Shown: positions 54,660 through 64,000 of the stretch, piece by piece | Layout of the letters: the number at the start of each line of letters is the position of its first letter | How positions within the stretch are numbered: the stretch's first letter is position 1 | Source of the DNA: a virus | Lineage: Duplodnaviria > Caudoviricetes | Strand: one strand, 5' to 3' | DNA: 64,000 bases | Virus record (IMG/VR): IMGVR_UViG_3300011678_000001 | Coordinates: 96,001 to 160,000 of that record | Made by a program: the position numbers and the translations under genes | Notes under the pieces: model-generated | Told to the model about the DNA's origin: nothing | Databases searched by the model: none | What the model saw: only the letters and a program-made list of their open reading frames with translations

Positions 54660-56027
54660 TTAAGTCTGTTCGTCTAAGTACGCTTGGTACGCAGGCGACA
54701 GCCGATCGACCAACACCACCACTTCTGTGGTTGTCTGATGGACTTTCTGATGCAGACCTGTTCCTGCCAAGGCAGAGTAGGCATGCGCATGAACCACTAC
54801 AGCATTAACAAAGGCAGGCTCTCCATTGACAATGAATCCGACTTCGCACTGCAGCCCTGGGGTGATCAGATCAGGGTTACTGTTCTCCCACAGCATGACG
54901 AAGTACGCCCCATTACGTTCAGCCAATTTACTGGCCTCATGGAACGCGTTGGACGTGGCCATGTCTTCAGAAACCCTGGACATGGATGACCCTTTACGAT
55001 GGATTGCCTCGTACTCATTGGCGTTGTTAGTTCTTTTTGCCACGGCTTTGTTACCGGACACTTCGAAAAACCCGTCCATGGCCGTGCTGGTGTTGGCAAA
55101 TCGGGTGCCATTGCCTTCATTGAGCAACCGAGCCTCTGACGGGTCCAGGCGCTTGACGCCGCCGGTAATCAGGGCCACGAAATGCTTGTCCACCACCCGG
55201 TGCGTCAGCTCGATGCCTCGATACCGCTGCGAGGGCGCTAGAATAAACAACGCGGTGTATTCGGCTTCATCATAGCGCTTGTGGTTATACAGCGGCCAGA
55301 TGTACCAGTGACCCCCTTGCAAGTAGCAGCCAATCCCCGTGCTGTAGATGCCGCCGTATTGGGTTTGCAGCTTGTCAGCCACTTGGACCAATGGCGTGCC
55401 ATGGGGCAATAGCGTGTGGCGACGTTTGACTTGGTTGTTGGGTTCGACTGCATTAATGCCTTTGATGGCCACGGCCTGATCCAAGTCCATGTTCTTCATG
55501 GATTCAACCAAGAGCGACATGAGAACATCAAAAGGCCTGCAATCGGGGAATGTTCCACCCACCATTTCCGAGCGTACCCGGTCAAAGGCTTCTTCGACCA
55601 ACTGCACCTGCACAATACGAATGCCCGACAAATCCGCAGCAAACTGCGTGGCCGTCTCCGGACTGTCTGACAGCATACCGGTTTCAGCTTCCACAGGCAG
55701 ATGGACAATGAACGTCTGTTCCAACCGCGCTGAGGTAATGAAGGCGCCTGACCGAGCGATGGCTTGCCGCACCACGGTCATGCGAAGGTTTTCTTTGTAC
55801 GGCAAGACATGATGCAGGTATTCACCCCACGGCACTGCAACCTTGATCAGGACCTCATCGGCGACCGCCTTGCGGTAATCACGGATGCGGTCCACACTGA
55901 CCACCGACAGAACCGGAAGTTCTTTCTTGTCAGTGACGAAGGTCGCCTCGTACTGGTAGTACGTATCACGACCTTCGCGTTGGATCAAGTTGTACTCAGC
56001 GCCGAAGGTCGTTTGGGAAAATTCCAT
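54660..56027 (-). CDS. virion structural protein (phiKZ gp101-like position, possible baseplate hub)
   Basis: 455 aa; last gene of the conserved block after the inner-body paralogues; GGIYS.G.G.Y.Q...WY..PLY motif. Confidence 0.55.
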   Translation of the reverse strand: MEFSQTTFGAEYNLIQREGRDTYYQYEATFVTDKKELPVLSVVSVDRIRDYRKAVADEVLIKVAVPWGEYLHHVLPYKENLRMTVVRQAIARSGAFITSARLEQTFIVHLPVEAETGMLSDSPETATQFAADLSGIRIVQVQLVEEAFDRVRSEMVGGTFPDCRPFDVLMSLLVESMKNMDLDQAVAIKGINAVEPNNQVKRRHTLLPHGTPLVQVADKLQTQYGGIYSTGIGCYLQGGHWYIWPLYNHKRYDEAEYTALFILAPSQRYRGIELTHRVVDKHFVALITGGVKRLDPSEARLLNEGNGTRFANTSTAMDGFFEVSGNKAVAKRTNNANEYEAIHRKGSSMSRVSEDMATSNAFHEASKLAERNGAYFVMLWENSNPDLITPGLQCEVGFIVNGEPAFVNAVVVHAHAYSALAGTGLHQKVHQTTTEVVVLVDRLSPAYQAYLDEQT

Positions 56028-56042
56028 ACAGACCCTCTACAG

Positions 56043-56618
56043 TCACTTGCGTTTGTTACGATCTGCCAGCAACCGTTCAATGCGGTCCATGAGCGGGGCG
56101 GTTTCCTGCACGTCACCCATGCCCACACCTGTGGGGTTGAACAGGGCTTCAGCACCCGGAATGCCACCAAACAGCGTGGAGATCCGCTTGAGTTCCGGTA
56201 CGTCATCCACCTTAGGCTTAAAGCCTGTGACCTGATCCTTGATGGTCTTGGCGAAATCGCTCATCAGGTACAGGGATTCAAGCGGCGCATCTTTGACGTT
56301 CGGGTCGTGGTTGACATGGTCCGCCCACATTCCCAAGTGTGCCACCAGCACTTCATAGATGGTCACGATGTCCTCAGGGTGCAGGAACTTGATGTCCGCC
56401 CCTTGCTCGTAGAGCTTGAGGATGTCTGCGATGGTGCCGCCAATGTTGACGTACTCGGCCATGGCCGCCTGGTCCATCTTCTTGGACCCGGTGTGCAGGT
56501 GACCCACCTTCTCGTTGTACTCTTTCGAATACCGGTAGTAGCCGGGGATGGCGTACAGGTAGGTCTGGTGAAAGATGTGCCGGCGGACTTCGGCCGGGTC
56601 ATCGAACTTACGACTCAT
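56043..56618 (-). CDS. conserved jumbo-phage protein in the virion block
   Basis: ATGA overlap with the upstream stop; GGAG RBS. Confidence 0.65.
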   Translation of the reverse strand: MSRKFDDPAEVRRHIFHQTYLYAIPGYYRYSKEYNEKVGHLHTGSKKMDQAAMAEYVNIGGTIADILKLYEQGADIKFLHPEDIVTIYEVLVAHLGMWADHVNHDPNVKDAPLESLYLMSDFAKTIKDQVTGFKPKVDDVPELKRISTLFGGIPGAEALFNPTGVGMGDVQETAPLMDRIERLLADRNKRK

Positions 56619-58012
56619 TTGATTCTCCGACGATACACCCGAAGCAGGGTGAACAAGATGGGGAAGTAATAGAACCGTTCCACGTTGTCCCAACGCGGGG
56701 CGTGGGTGCAGAGGAAGTCCAGCGTCCGGATGTCGATGGCATCGCCTTTCAAGGCAGCCATGGTCAAGGCTTCGAGTTTGCTCAGCGCCTGATCAGGCGT
56801 GTGCTCGTAGAAGGCCTGACTCAGGACGTAATAGTCATCTACCGTGACCCGCTTGATCTGCGGCGTGCGGACAGGTGACTGGGCTTCATAGACCTCAAAG
56901 CTTGGGTCCATCTCCAGCGTGGGTTTGAACAGGCGGTTCAGTTCACGAAAGCGTGCGCACCCTCTGACCAGGTCTTCGAGTTCCGGGTCGGTGAACCCCC
57001 GATACCCAGCATCGACGTTTGTCGGTGTCAGGTCTGGGTAGACCACCGCTTCCACACCCGAATAGTAAATGCTGTTCAGGGTAGGGCGGCCATTGAAGAA
57101 CTTGCACACGTCCACGATCCCGGCTTGATGCACGCTCATGTCAAGCAATGCATGGTCCATGGTCTCAAGGCAGTTCCACAGCGTGAACTCGTACATGGTC
57201 TGGTCGCCCTGTACATTGAGCTCAGCCATGTGGCGCATCAATGGGTGGTCATCGGTGGTGAGGATGGTTTTAACATACCGTACCAGGAACGGGTCATACG
57301 TAACCCGAGGTTGGTTCGGCACGAGTAAGGTTTTGCGATCCCGACTGAAGAAGTCATGGAAGTACAGGGTGATCAGACGCCCATAATGCTCGGCCATGTT
57401 GTTGACGAGCTGGGTGTGTTCCTCACTGAGCAGTGGGGTGTTGCCACTGTCCAGGAAGTTCTTGTGAAACACCACGGTCTCGACGGTCTTGCGGACCAAG
57501 TCTTCCCGCGTCTGAGCGCTGGAGAACTTGATCATGGTGTATTCGATCTGATACACCGCCGACATGTAATGCGACATCCGGGTGGTGGAGGTCACATGGA
57601 ACAAGCCTTCACGTCCGTCACCGATGTCAGCCAAGAACAGGTCGCCTTCCTTAGGGATCAGCACGCCATAGACGTTAGCAGAACCTGAGAGCGTCTGATC
57701 CTTGGTGTCATTGGCTTGGGTCGATTGCAGGTCTTGGGTGACCTTCAATTCAAAACCTTTGATCAGCTTGTACTGTTGGTACACCGGGTGCAGGTCAGAT
57801 TCAAACGGACGCGCATCGTCGTCTCGTCCCCGGATCAGGGAGAAGAAGTCAACGTCCCACGCTTGGCCTGCGATGTAGGTGGTCAGTTGATCGAAACGCA
57901 CTTCTTTAGTATCGACCGTGGCGCCCACAAAGGGTTTCGGTTGGATCTTCACCGGCTCGACCGCAGGGGTCTTGACCACGGTGTCCATGTTACTCGGCGT
58001 TGGCACTGGCAT
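56615..58012 (-). CDS. virion structural protein (phiKZ gp99-like position)
   Basis: 465 aa; P..GD.F.AD.GDG..G.F motif seen in phiKZ-like virion proteins. Confidence 0.6.
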   Translation of the reverse strand: MPVPTPSNMDTVVKTPAVEPVKIQPKPFVGATVDTKEVRFDQLTTYIAGQAWDVDFFSLIRGRDDDARPFESDLHPVYQQYKLIKGFELKVTQDLQSTQANDTKDQTLSGSANVYGVLIPKEGDLFLADIGDGREGLFHVTSTTRMSHYMSAVYQIEYTMIKFSSAQTREDLVRKTVETVVFHKNFLDSGNTPLLSEEHTQLVNNMAEHYGRLITLYFHDFFSRDRKTLLVPNQPRVTYDPFLVRYVKTILTTDDHPLMRHMAELNVQGDQTMYEFTLWNCLETMDHALLDMSVHQAGIVDVCKFFNGRPTLNSIYYSGVEAVVYPDLTPTNVDAGYRGFTDPELEDLVRGCARFRELNRLFKPTLEMDPSFEVYEAQSPVRTPQIKRVTVDDYYVLSQAFYEHTPDQALSKLEALTMAALKGDAIDIRTLDFLCTHAPRWDNVERFYYFPILFTLLRVYRRRIK

Positions 58013-59648
58013 TGTTTTCTACCCTGTTACGGTTCTGGGCGATGATCGTCAGGATCTCGACGTAAGGGACGTCAAAACGACCACCGAAAGAGGCGTCGTT
58101 GTCGTACCAACTCGGGTTGTCCAGACGATTGTTGTTAAGGTTGGTGCTGTGAGTCTGTGCCGGAGCACCGATCCGTTGGGCTTGCAAGAAGCCAAAGAAC
58201 CGTTTGATGTAACTGATGCTGAGCTTGCCGTCTTCTGACAGGTGGTTGGCAATGGCGTCTTCCACATCCAGACGATTGACCACGGTTTGGAACAGGCGCA
58301 AGGTCACCAGTCCATTCTCGTGCATGCTCATCAAAGCCTCGTCGGTGTACTTGCCCAACTCCGTGCAGAAGCTCATGCGCAGGTGATAGCGCTGGCGCAA
58401 ATCGGCTGGGGTCTTGACCCGGATCTCGAACGCAGACGGGGTGTCGACGTATTCAAGGTTACCGTCGTCAATGAACTGGGCATCCCGGTACAGCGCGAAA
58501 TGCAAGGGGCTGTGTCCTAAGCGCAGCATCTTACTGCCTTGGGCTTTCATGTACGCCAACACATCCGGCAGGAACTCGGTGGCCAGCACATCCGACTCAC
58601 CAAAGGCCAAGAACAGGTCCTTGGGCTCGAAGACGATCATCCAACTGATGAAGCTGGTGGTGTAGGGCACGACGTTAGCGGGAATCCACTCATCGTACTC
58701 CGGGACGCACAAGCCGCCGATTGGTTTCTGCGGAATCCGCGCCAGGTAATCGAAGTTATCCAAGGCGAACCGGTAATCGCTTTTGTACGTGGGCAGCAGC
58801 AGTGGGTCTTCGACCTTAGGCTTGACCACAATGTACTCCGGCGAGATGAGCTGGTTGTGCACCACTTGCGGGTAGACCACATTGAGCTCGACCGGCTTGC
58901 TGTAGCTGAACTTGTAGTTGAACTGCACGAGGTAGGACGGACCGCCTTCGTTCTTTTCTTCTTCAACTGGCAGGTCAAAGTCAAACCAGCCCTGCACGCC
59001 AAGTTGTTTCTCGCCAATCACCAACAAGGTGCTTTCCTGACTGCCCGCTTGGTTGGTCAGGACGGTGGCTCGTTTGGTGTAGTAGCGTTTTAAGTACTCG
59101 CCCAATGACTCACCGTAACCGGCTACGCCTTCACGCAAGGTGTAGATGTGTTTGAGCAGCATGGAGCAGAAGTTCGGGATCGGGAAATGGTACTCGACTT
59201 GATGCAGGTGCGATTGACGGTTGTCCGCCATGCGCACTTTGATGTCGTCACGCCAGATCACCGCTTCTTGCTTACTCTTAGCCCGGTAGGTGAAGTTCAA
59301 CTCCATCTCGGTGTTGCTGTAGACGGGTTTCAAGTGCACGCCAATCATCGGGTCAGCAAAAATAGGCTGAGCGTAGGGATGACGCACTTCGGCGTTGATC
59401 ACTTCGGTGTCGACGTAGGTCTCACGGAAGCTTACGATCACGCGCTCATCTTGAGCCAGACGGACTTGGGTGTTCTCATCGCCCAGTTCAGAACCCGGTT
59501 GCGCAGCCACTTGAGCCTCGCCTCGGATTTCAACCCGGCACTTCTTATCGATGTCACTGATGCGGATCACGTTGTCGATCACCGACTTAGCCACCCGGCG
59601 AGACACCGAGTCGTACGTCATGGGCAACGGGATTAATAGGTTAGGCAT
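57990..59648 (-). CDS. virion structural protein (phiKZ gp98-like position)
   Basis: 552 aa; late-type ATTTTATG at 59678-59685. Confidence 0.6.
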   Translation of the reverse strand: MPNLLIPLPMTYDSVSRRVAKSVIDNVIRISDIDKKCRVEIRGEAQVAAQPGSELGDENTQVRLAQDERVIVSFRETYVDTEVINAEVRHPYAQPIFADPMIGVHLKPVYSNTEMELNFTYRAKSKQEAVIWRDDIKVRMADNRQSHLHQVEYHFPIPNFCSMLLKHIYTLREGVAGYGESLGEYLKRYYTKRATVLTNQAGSQESTLLVIGEKQLGVQGWFDFDLPVEEEKNEGGPSYLVQFNYKFSYSKPVELNVVYPQVVHNQLISPEYIVVKPKVEDPLLLPTYKSDYRFALDNFDYLARIPQKPIGGLCVPEYDEWIPANVVPYTTSFISWMIVFEPKDLFLAFGESDVLATEFLPDVLAYMKAQGSKMLRLGHSPLHFALYRDAQFIDDGNLEYVDTPSAFEIRVKTPADLRQRYHLRMSFCTELGKYTDEALMSMHENGLVTLRLFQTVVNRLDVEDAIANHLSEDGKLSISYIKRFFGFLQAQRIGAPAQTHSTNLNNNRLDNPSWYDNDASFGGRFDVPYVEILTIIAQNRNRVENNASANAE

Positions 59649-59733
59649 GGGGGACTCCCCGAATGAATGAGCTTTGTCATAAAATCAGGTAAAAGAACAT
59701 AGAGGAGAGGCCCGAAGGCCCCTCCTGTTCTGT

Positions 59734-61146
59734 TTAGCGGTTGGTCGCTACGTACGCCTTGAGTTGCTCTTCTGCCACGTACAGCGAGGCGTGAAGCACA
59801 CGGAAGTGCGGATCACGGCAGACTTCTGCGTGGTAGTAGGCTTTGTCCAGGAAGTAGAACATCGCGTTGCACGCAATGTCCACCGCACGCCACAGCTCAC
59901 TGTTCATCTGTGGGAAGTCAGCGCCCTGCACCATGCCGACCAGACGCTCGTAGTCGTTGTTGGCTGCGCCCCAGGCTTCAACCAAGGTGTAGTAGTACAC
60001 GAAATCAAAGGTGTACTGCTTCTCCAGGTTGTCCGCCACGATGTCCAGGATCTCACGCAGCTCATTGAGGTCAACGGCTTTGCCCGACACCCGGCCAGTG
60101 CGACGATGACGTCCAAACAACTGGTTGGCTTCGATCAGGTTAACCAGTTCCATGATCCATTCGGCATCACGGTAGCGCGAACGGTAACCCATGGAGCCGT
60201 CGACGAAGTTGATCCCGCCGATGTCACGGCCGTACTTGACCGCTTTGCTGACCGGCAGTTCCTTGGTGACGTCTTTGTACATGCCACGGGCGATTTCTTC
60301 AGCGCCAACTTGGTCACGGGCGACCAGGATGGTGGGCAGCTTCGTACCCAAGGTCACCGAACGCTCGCTGGCGTCATCGGCCAGCTTGGTCACGCCGTAC
60401 TCGAGCAGCTTGTAGGTCTCGGTGAACAGCTTCTTCAGATCAGCGGCTTCGAACTCGATTTCCTTACCGTCGAGGTAGAAGTAGGCGGTCTCGGTGGTGT
60501 CGTAGCGCAGCGGCTTGCCAGGAATGCCGTACTCTTCCGGCAGGCTTTCCAGACGCTTCTGGCAGGCTTGCAGGCGGGCGATCAGTGCTTGCTTGTGAGT
60601 GAAACCTCGGCGCATGGAAATGCGGATGTTCTCCAGCTTTTCCTTGATCCACTTCTTCATCTTGGCAAAGGCCGCCTTGATGAAATCAAGCAGACCTTCC
60701 ATCGAGGCTTCTGTGACCTTACCGTCTTCAGCTTCAATGACCGGCACCGGTGTACCGGTTTGCAGCGCCACCGCGCCCAGTGCCTTGTTGGCCACTTCCA
60801 CGGTTTCATCAGTGATGCTTTCCATGGAGGCCAGCACGCCGAGCATTTCCAGTGAGGTCACCGCCGAGGTCACAACCTCACGGACTTCTTTGAGTTCACC
60901 GGCCGCGCGCGAACGGTCGAGTTCACCGGAGGCGAAGAAGTCTTCGGCCACTTGACGCAAGGTGGTCTCGTCGGTGTAACGCTCATCTTGCATGTGCTCA
61001 AGTACTTCCTGCTCGATTTGCTTGCTGTCAATGGTCAGCAGGCCTTCGACTGGACCTTCTTGCACTTCAGCGGTGTCAACCGACTGATTGAGTTCTTTCA
61101 GATCACTCAGCGACGCGGCGAGGATCGATTCGATACTGACTTTCAT
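59734..61146 (-). CDS. internal head (inner-body family) protein
   Basis: Acidic propeptide with SIE/SLE/SME sites ending ASME-GLLDFIKAAF.K.K.WI; matches the S/A/G-x-E specificity of the phiKZ gp175 protease. Confidence 0.75.
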   Translation of the reverse strand: MKVSIESILAASLSDLKELNQSVDTAEVQEGPVEGLLTIDSKQIEQEVLEHMQDERYTDETTLRQVAEDFFASGELDRSRAAGELKEVREVVTSAVTSLEMLGVLASMESITDETVEVANKALGAVALQTGTPVPVIEAEDGKVTEASMEGLLDFIKAAFAKMKKWIKEKLENIRISMRRGFTHKQALIARLQACQKRLESLPEEYGIPGKPLRYDTTETAYFYLDGKEIEFEAADLKKLFTETYKLLEYGVTKLADDASERSVTLGTKLPTILVARDQVGAEEIARGMYKDVTKELPVSKAVKYGRDIGGINFVDGSMGYRSRYRDAEWIMELVNLIEANQLFGRHRRTGRVSGKAVDLNELREILDIVADNLEKQYTFDFVYYYTLVEAWGAANNDYERLVGMVQGADFPQMNSELWRAVDIACNAMFYFLDKAYYHAEVCRDPHFRVLHASLYVAEEQLKAYVATNR

Positions 61147-61161
61147 GAAGGCAGTTCCTTA

Positions 61162-62424
61162 TCAGGTATTGGAGAGGGATTTACGACCGTATGTCAACAA
61201 GCTGCGCGACACAGTCAACAGGTTGGTGGTCAGCTGATCCACAGGACCGACTGCCCAAGCGGCGTAATTGCGAACAAACCGCAGGACACTGAGGTCGTAC
61301 GAATCACTGACTTCGCTGGACCGGTTTTGGTACTGCTCACCGGCACGAAGAACATTCTTGATCTGCTGCTCAACGCGGCTGAGTTTCATGACCCGTTCTT
61401 GCTGCTCGATCAGATCCAGGATGTCAATGACGCGCCGGGCTAGGTGTTCGACCTGTTGACCTGAAGCGGTCTTGACGGTTCCTGTCAGTACGTTACTGCG
61501 GTTCACACTGGTCAGGGCAAACTTGATCCCAGTGGTCCGCAGGGCGGCAGCGAAGTTCAAGGGGTCGACTGAGGCCAGATCCCGTTGAGCTTGTTCGAGG
61601 GTCAGGAAGTACAGGGTCCAACCACCGATGATCGGCGGAGCCGCCATGGTCAGTCGACGTCCAAAGCGTGGGTCACGGTAGACCATGGCCTTGACTTGTG
61701 AGGCGATCTTGTCCAGAGGCATCTGGGTGAACAACTGGCAGGTCTCAGACAACATGTCCTGACCCGACTTACCCGACTGCAGCAGGCGCTCAAAGCGCTG
61801 ACCAATGTCAATCATCCCCGCCCCGTAATGGGTGGTGACAATCTTGTATTGATCCATGGCCGCCGAGATCGACCGGATCAGGGCATCAGGGTCATTGACC
61901 ACCGAGTTACCCACGATCAAGGACTTGATCTCCATGCCCAGCTCCACATTGGGGTTGCGCACAGTGATGTGACGACGCGCCCCAGCATGCTTGGCCAGGT
62001 GTTCGGCTGTCATGCGAAGCCGACCCCGGAACGATTTGATCCGGTTCCAGAACTCCCGCACAAAGGCGAGGATCTGAAGAATGGCGTTGACCAGATGGGT
62101 CCACAGCCCTTTCATTTTGTCTTTGAGCGACTCAGTGGAGACAGTACCTGCCTCGTGCCCTTCTAAGCTCGGTAGCAGGTCGTTAACGCTGATCCCTGAT
62201 TCGCCTATCAGGTTTTCGAAGCTGACCACTACGGCCTGTTTGTGAGCCTTTGAGACGATGTCGGTGGTGTCCAGGTGAGTGATCAAGGCTTCCAGTGAAT
62301 CAGTCGCATTGAGCAACGATTCCAACTGGGCCCTGGCTTGGAGCAGGTCGCGCTCAGCCTCTAGGACATCAACGAACCCCTCACTCTCATGGCCCAGGAC
62401 CTCGGGCGTTTCTTCTTCGGACAT
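61162..62424 (-). CDS. internal head protein (inner-body paralogue)
   Basis: Acidic N-terminus with SLE/SFE/STE sites, then SLKDK...LW..L; late-type ATTCTATG at 62463-62470. Confidence 0.75.
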   Translation of the reverse strand: MSEEETPEVLGHESEGFVDVLEAERDLLQARAQLESLLNATDSLEALITHLDTTDIVSKAHKQAVVVSFENLIGESGISVNDLLPSLEGHEAGTVSTESLKDKMKGLWTHLVNAILQILAFVREFWNRIKSFRGRLRMTAEHLAKHAGARRHITVRNPNVELGMEIKSLIVGNSVVNDPDALIRSISAAMDQYKIVTTHYGAGMIDIGQRFERLLQSGKSGQDMLSETCQLFTQMPLDKIASQVKAMVYRDPRFGRRLTMAAPPIIGGWTLYFLTLEQAQRDLASVDPLNFAAALRTTGIKFALTSVNRSNVLTGTVKTASGQQVEHLARRVIDILDLIEQQERVMKLSRVEQQIKNVLRAGEQYQNRSSEVSDSYDLSVLRFVRNYAAWAVGPVDQLTTNLLTVSRSLLTYGRKSLSNT

Positions 62425-62479
62425 AGTGCATGCTCTTAAAAAGGATAGAGTGGATAATTCACCATAGAATTCGAACTTC

Positions 62480-62520
62480 CGGCATAAAAAACATCTACCC
62501 GGCGTGAACCGGGTAGATGT
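62480..62520 (-). terminator. terminator with TTTTTATGCCG tail
   Basis: ACATCTACCCGG/CCGGGTAGATGT 12-bp stem. Confidence 0.85.
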
Positions 62521-62537
62521 GTGCGTGCAGACTAGAC

Positions 62538-63866
62538 TCAGGCCGGGTTCGGCAGAGCCTTGGTGTCAGCATCGTTCGGCTCGACGTTCGGCTTGCCCTG
62601 TTCACCTTTGGCGTAGCCTTTGATGACCATGGTACCGAATGCAGCGGCAGCCTTAGCAGCACCGCCCATGAAGGACATGTACTGGTGGGTGCAACCGGCC
62701 GTCAGGCGAGCGACCTTGTTCATCTTGGCCAGCGCCGCTTTGGCTTGCGCGACTTCAGACTTCTGCAGGCCATTGCTCTTGGCAACGACAGCGTTACCTG
62801 CTGCAACGACGTCTTTGACGCCTTTCTCGATCAGACCCTGGACCTTACGGACTTCAGTCATCGATTTACCGATCTGAATGATGCCGTCAGCCATGGCGCT
62901 GATTTCTGCCACGGACGGCAGGTCGAGGTCGTAGCTGTCTTTCATCGCAGTCTTGTCCTGGGACAGCTTGAGACTGGATGCAGCCAGCATGTCGAGGCCG
63001 CTACCACCACCGACGGTGAGGTCGAACCAGTAACCACCAGGCAGCTTGCCTTTCATGTCGTCAGCGAGGACGCCATCGATCTTGATCGAGTCGCCTACGG
63101 ACTGAAGACTGCGCGGGGTGATGTCGCCTTTACGGACGGTGTCGAGCAGCGGGCTGACCGCTTTAACGACGTTGCCAGTGTATTGACGAACACCCACATC
63201 GAAGCCATGCACGATGGCCTTGAGGGCTTCAGCCGGGGCGATCTTGTCACCCACGACCAGGTACTGGGCATGAGCACGGCTCAGACCACCGGCCACTTTG
63301 AAGCTCTTGGCATCTTTGACCGCTTGGGCGCGCTTCTTCAGCGACTGACCAGCAGCAACGACAGCCGGACCGCTCTTGCCGATAGCGGCGTAGAAGTCTT
63401 TGGCAGCGTTCCAGGCACCTTCAACCGCAGAGCGGACGGCGTCCCAGATCTTGCCGAGCAGGGCTTTGACGTTGTCCAGGGCTTCCATCGAAGCAGTGAG
63501 CTTGTCGCCCGTGCCGCCGAAGGACTCAGTGGAAACGGTGAAGTCAGCGGCGTTGACCGGCAGCTTGCGGGTAGCGATCTGCAGGGCACGTGCATGCATG
63601 TCAGCCGTTTGCGGAGCCATGCCGCCGTCAGCGATGAAGCTTTCCAGCGAGCTGATCAGGCTTTCGAGGCTGTCGGCTGCGTCGGTGAGTTCTTCAACGG
63701 CTTCGTCGTGCTCGTCAACCGAGGCTGCGCCTTCACGCACTTCTTCGAGGAGCTCGTCGATTTCGACGATGGTTTCAGAGGTGACTGGATTGATTTCCTG
63801 GTTCTCAGCTTCAGCAGCCGATTCCAGGGACACAGCCAGCGCGTCTTGGAGAATCGAGTTACGCAT
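62538..63866 (-). CDS. major internal head protein (phiKZ gp93-like family)
   Basis: SLE, STESF and ASME-AL..VK..L.KIW propeptide pattern; LPGG motif; late-type ATCTTATG at 63943-63950. Confidence 0.75.
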   Translation of the reverse strand: MRNSILQDALAVSLESAAEAENQEINPVTSETIVEIDELLEEVREGAASVDEHDEAVEELTDAADSLESLISSLESFIADGGMAPQTADMHARALQIATRKLPVNAADFTVSTESFGGTGDKLTASMEALDNVKALLGKIWDAVRSAVEGAWNAAKDFYAAIGKSGPAVVAAGQSLKKRAQAVKDAKSFKVAGGLSRAHAQYLVVGDKIAPAEALKAIVHGFDVGVRQYTGNVVKAVSPLLDTVRKGDITPRSLQSVGDSIKIDGVLADDMKGKLPGGYWFDLTVGGGSGLDMLAASSLKLSQDKTAMKDSYDLDLPSVAEISAMADGIIQIGKSMTEVRKVQGLIEKGVKDVVAAGNAVVAKSNGLQKSEVAQAKAALAKMNKVARLTAGCTHQYMSFMGGAAKAAAAFGTMVIKGYAKGEQGKPNVEPNDADTKALPNPA

Positions 63867-64000
63867 TGGGTATTGCTCCACTTGTTTGCAAACAGGAGTA
63901 AGAATGTGCAGACAGACCTAGGCATTCTGCATCTCTGCACACCATAAGATGTAATTACCCGGAGGCGGTTAGACCGCCTCAGAGTGTTCGTGCCAGCCGT

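Noticed and set aside
59764-63947. Long plus-strand ORFs (59764-60855, 62517-63947) and similar ones such as 10819-11592, 52316-53092 and 55764-56669
   Set aside because: Antisense to well-supported minus-strand genes; expected from codon bias
1-64000. Prophage in a bacterial chromosome, canonical tRNAs, CRISPR array, diversity-generating retroelement or stop-codon recoding
   Set aside because: No integrase, att site, reverse transcriptase, canonical cloverleaf or repeat-spacer array was seen by eye; genes read normally in the standard code

Overview
A gene-dense segment of a phiKZ-like (Chimalliviridae-type) jumbo myophage genome, probably with a Pseudomonas-like host. The assignment is inferred from protein families, not from a database search. 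Almost all genes are on the minus strand. In transcription order (right to left) the window holds: (i) phiKZ-type head/inner-body paralogues with S-x-E prohead-protease sites, then a conserved virion block (54.6-63.9 kb); (ii) a long accessory region (34.3-54.6 kb) with dTMP kinase, a DprA/SLOG protein, an RNA polymerase alpha-CTD-like protein, an SspB-like protein, HD, GNAT and HTH proteins, and a thymidylate synthase split by a 289-nt ORF-less group I intron and carrying a DnaJ-type zinc-finger insertion; (iii) a tail fibre/adhesin module (19.2-34.2 kb) containing a translationally coupled cassette of an adhesin, a cupin-like protein, two membrane fatty-acid desaturases and a stand-alone NRPS condensation-like acyltransferase; (iv) NAD-dependent ligase, DHFR, a second SspB, a NUDIX hydrolase and an AAA ATPase; (v) a roughly 870-nt, heavily base-paired, apparently non-coding interval; (vi) an ADP-ribosyltransferase-like gene, an H1-like basic protein and a spanin pair. 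Recurrent regulatory motifs (TACAT early-type, ATYYTATG late-type, hairpin+TATGCCG terminators) are visible. The best candidates for new biology are the desaturase/condensation cassette in the fibre operon, the large structured RNA at about 5.42-6.29 kb, and a small stand-alone structured RNA at about 19.72-19.84 kb.
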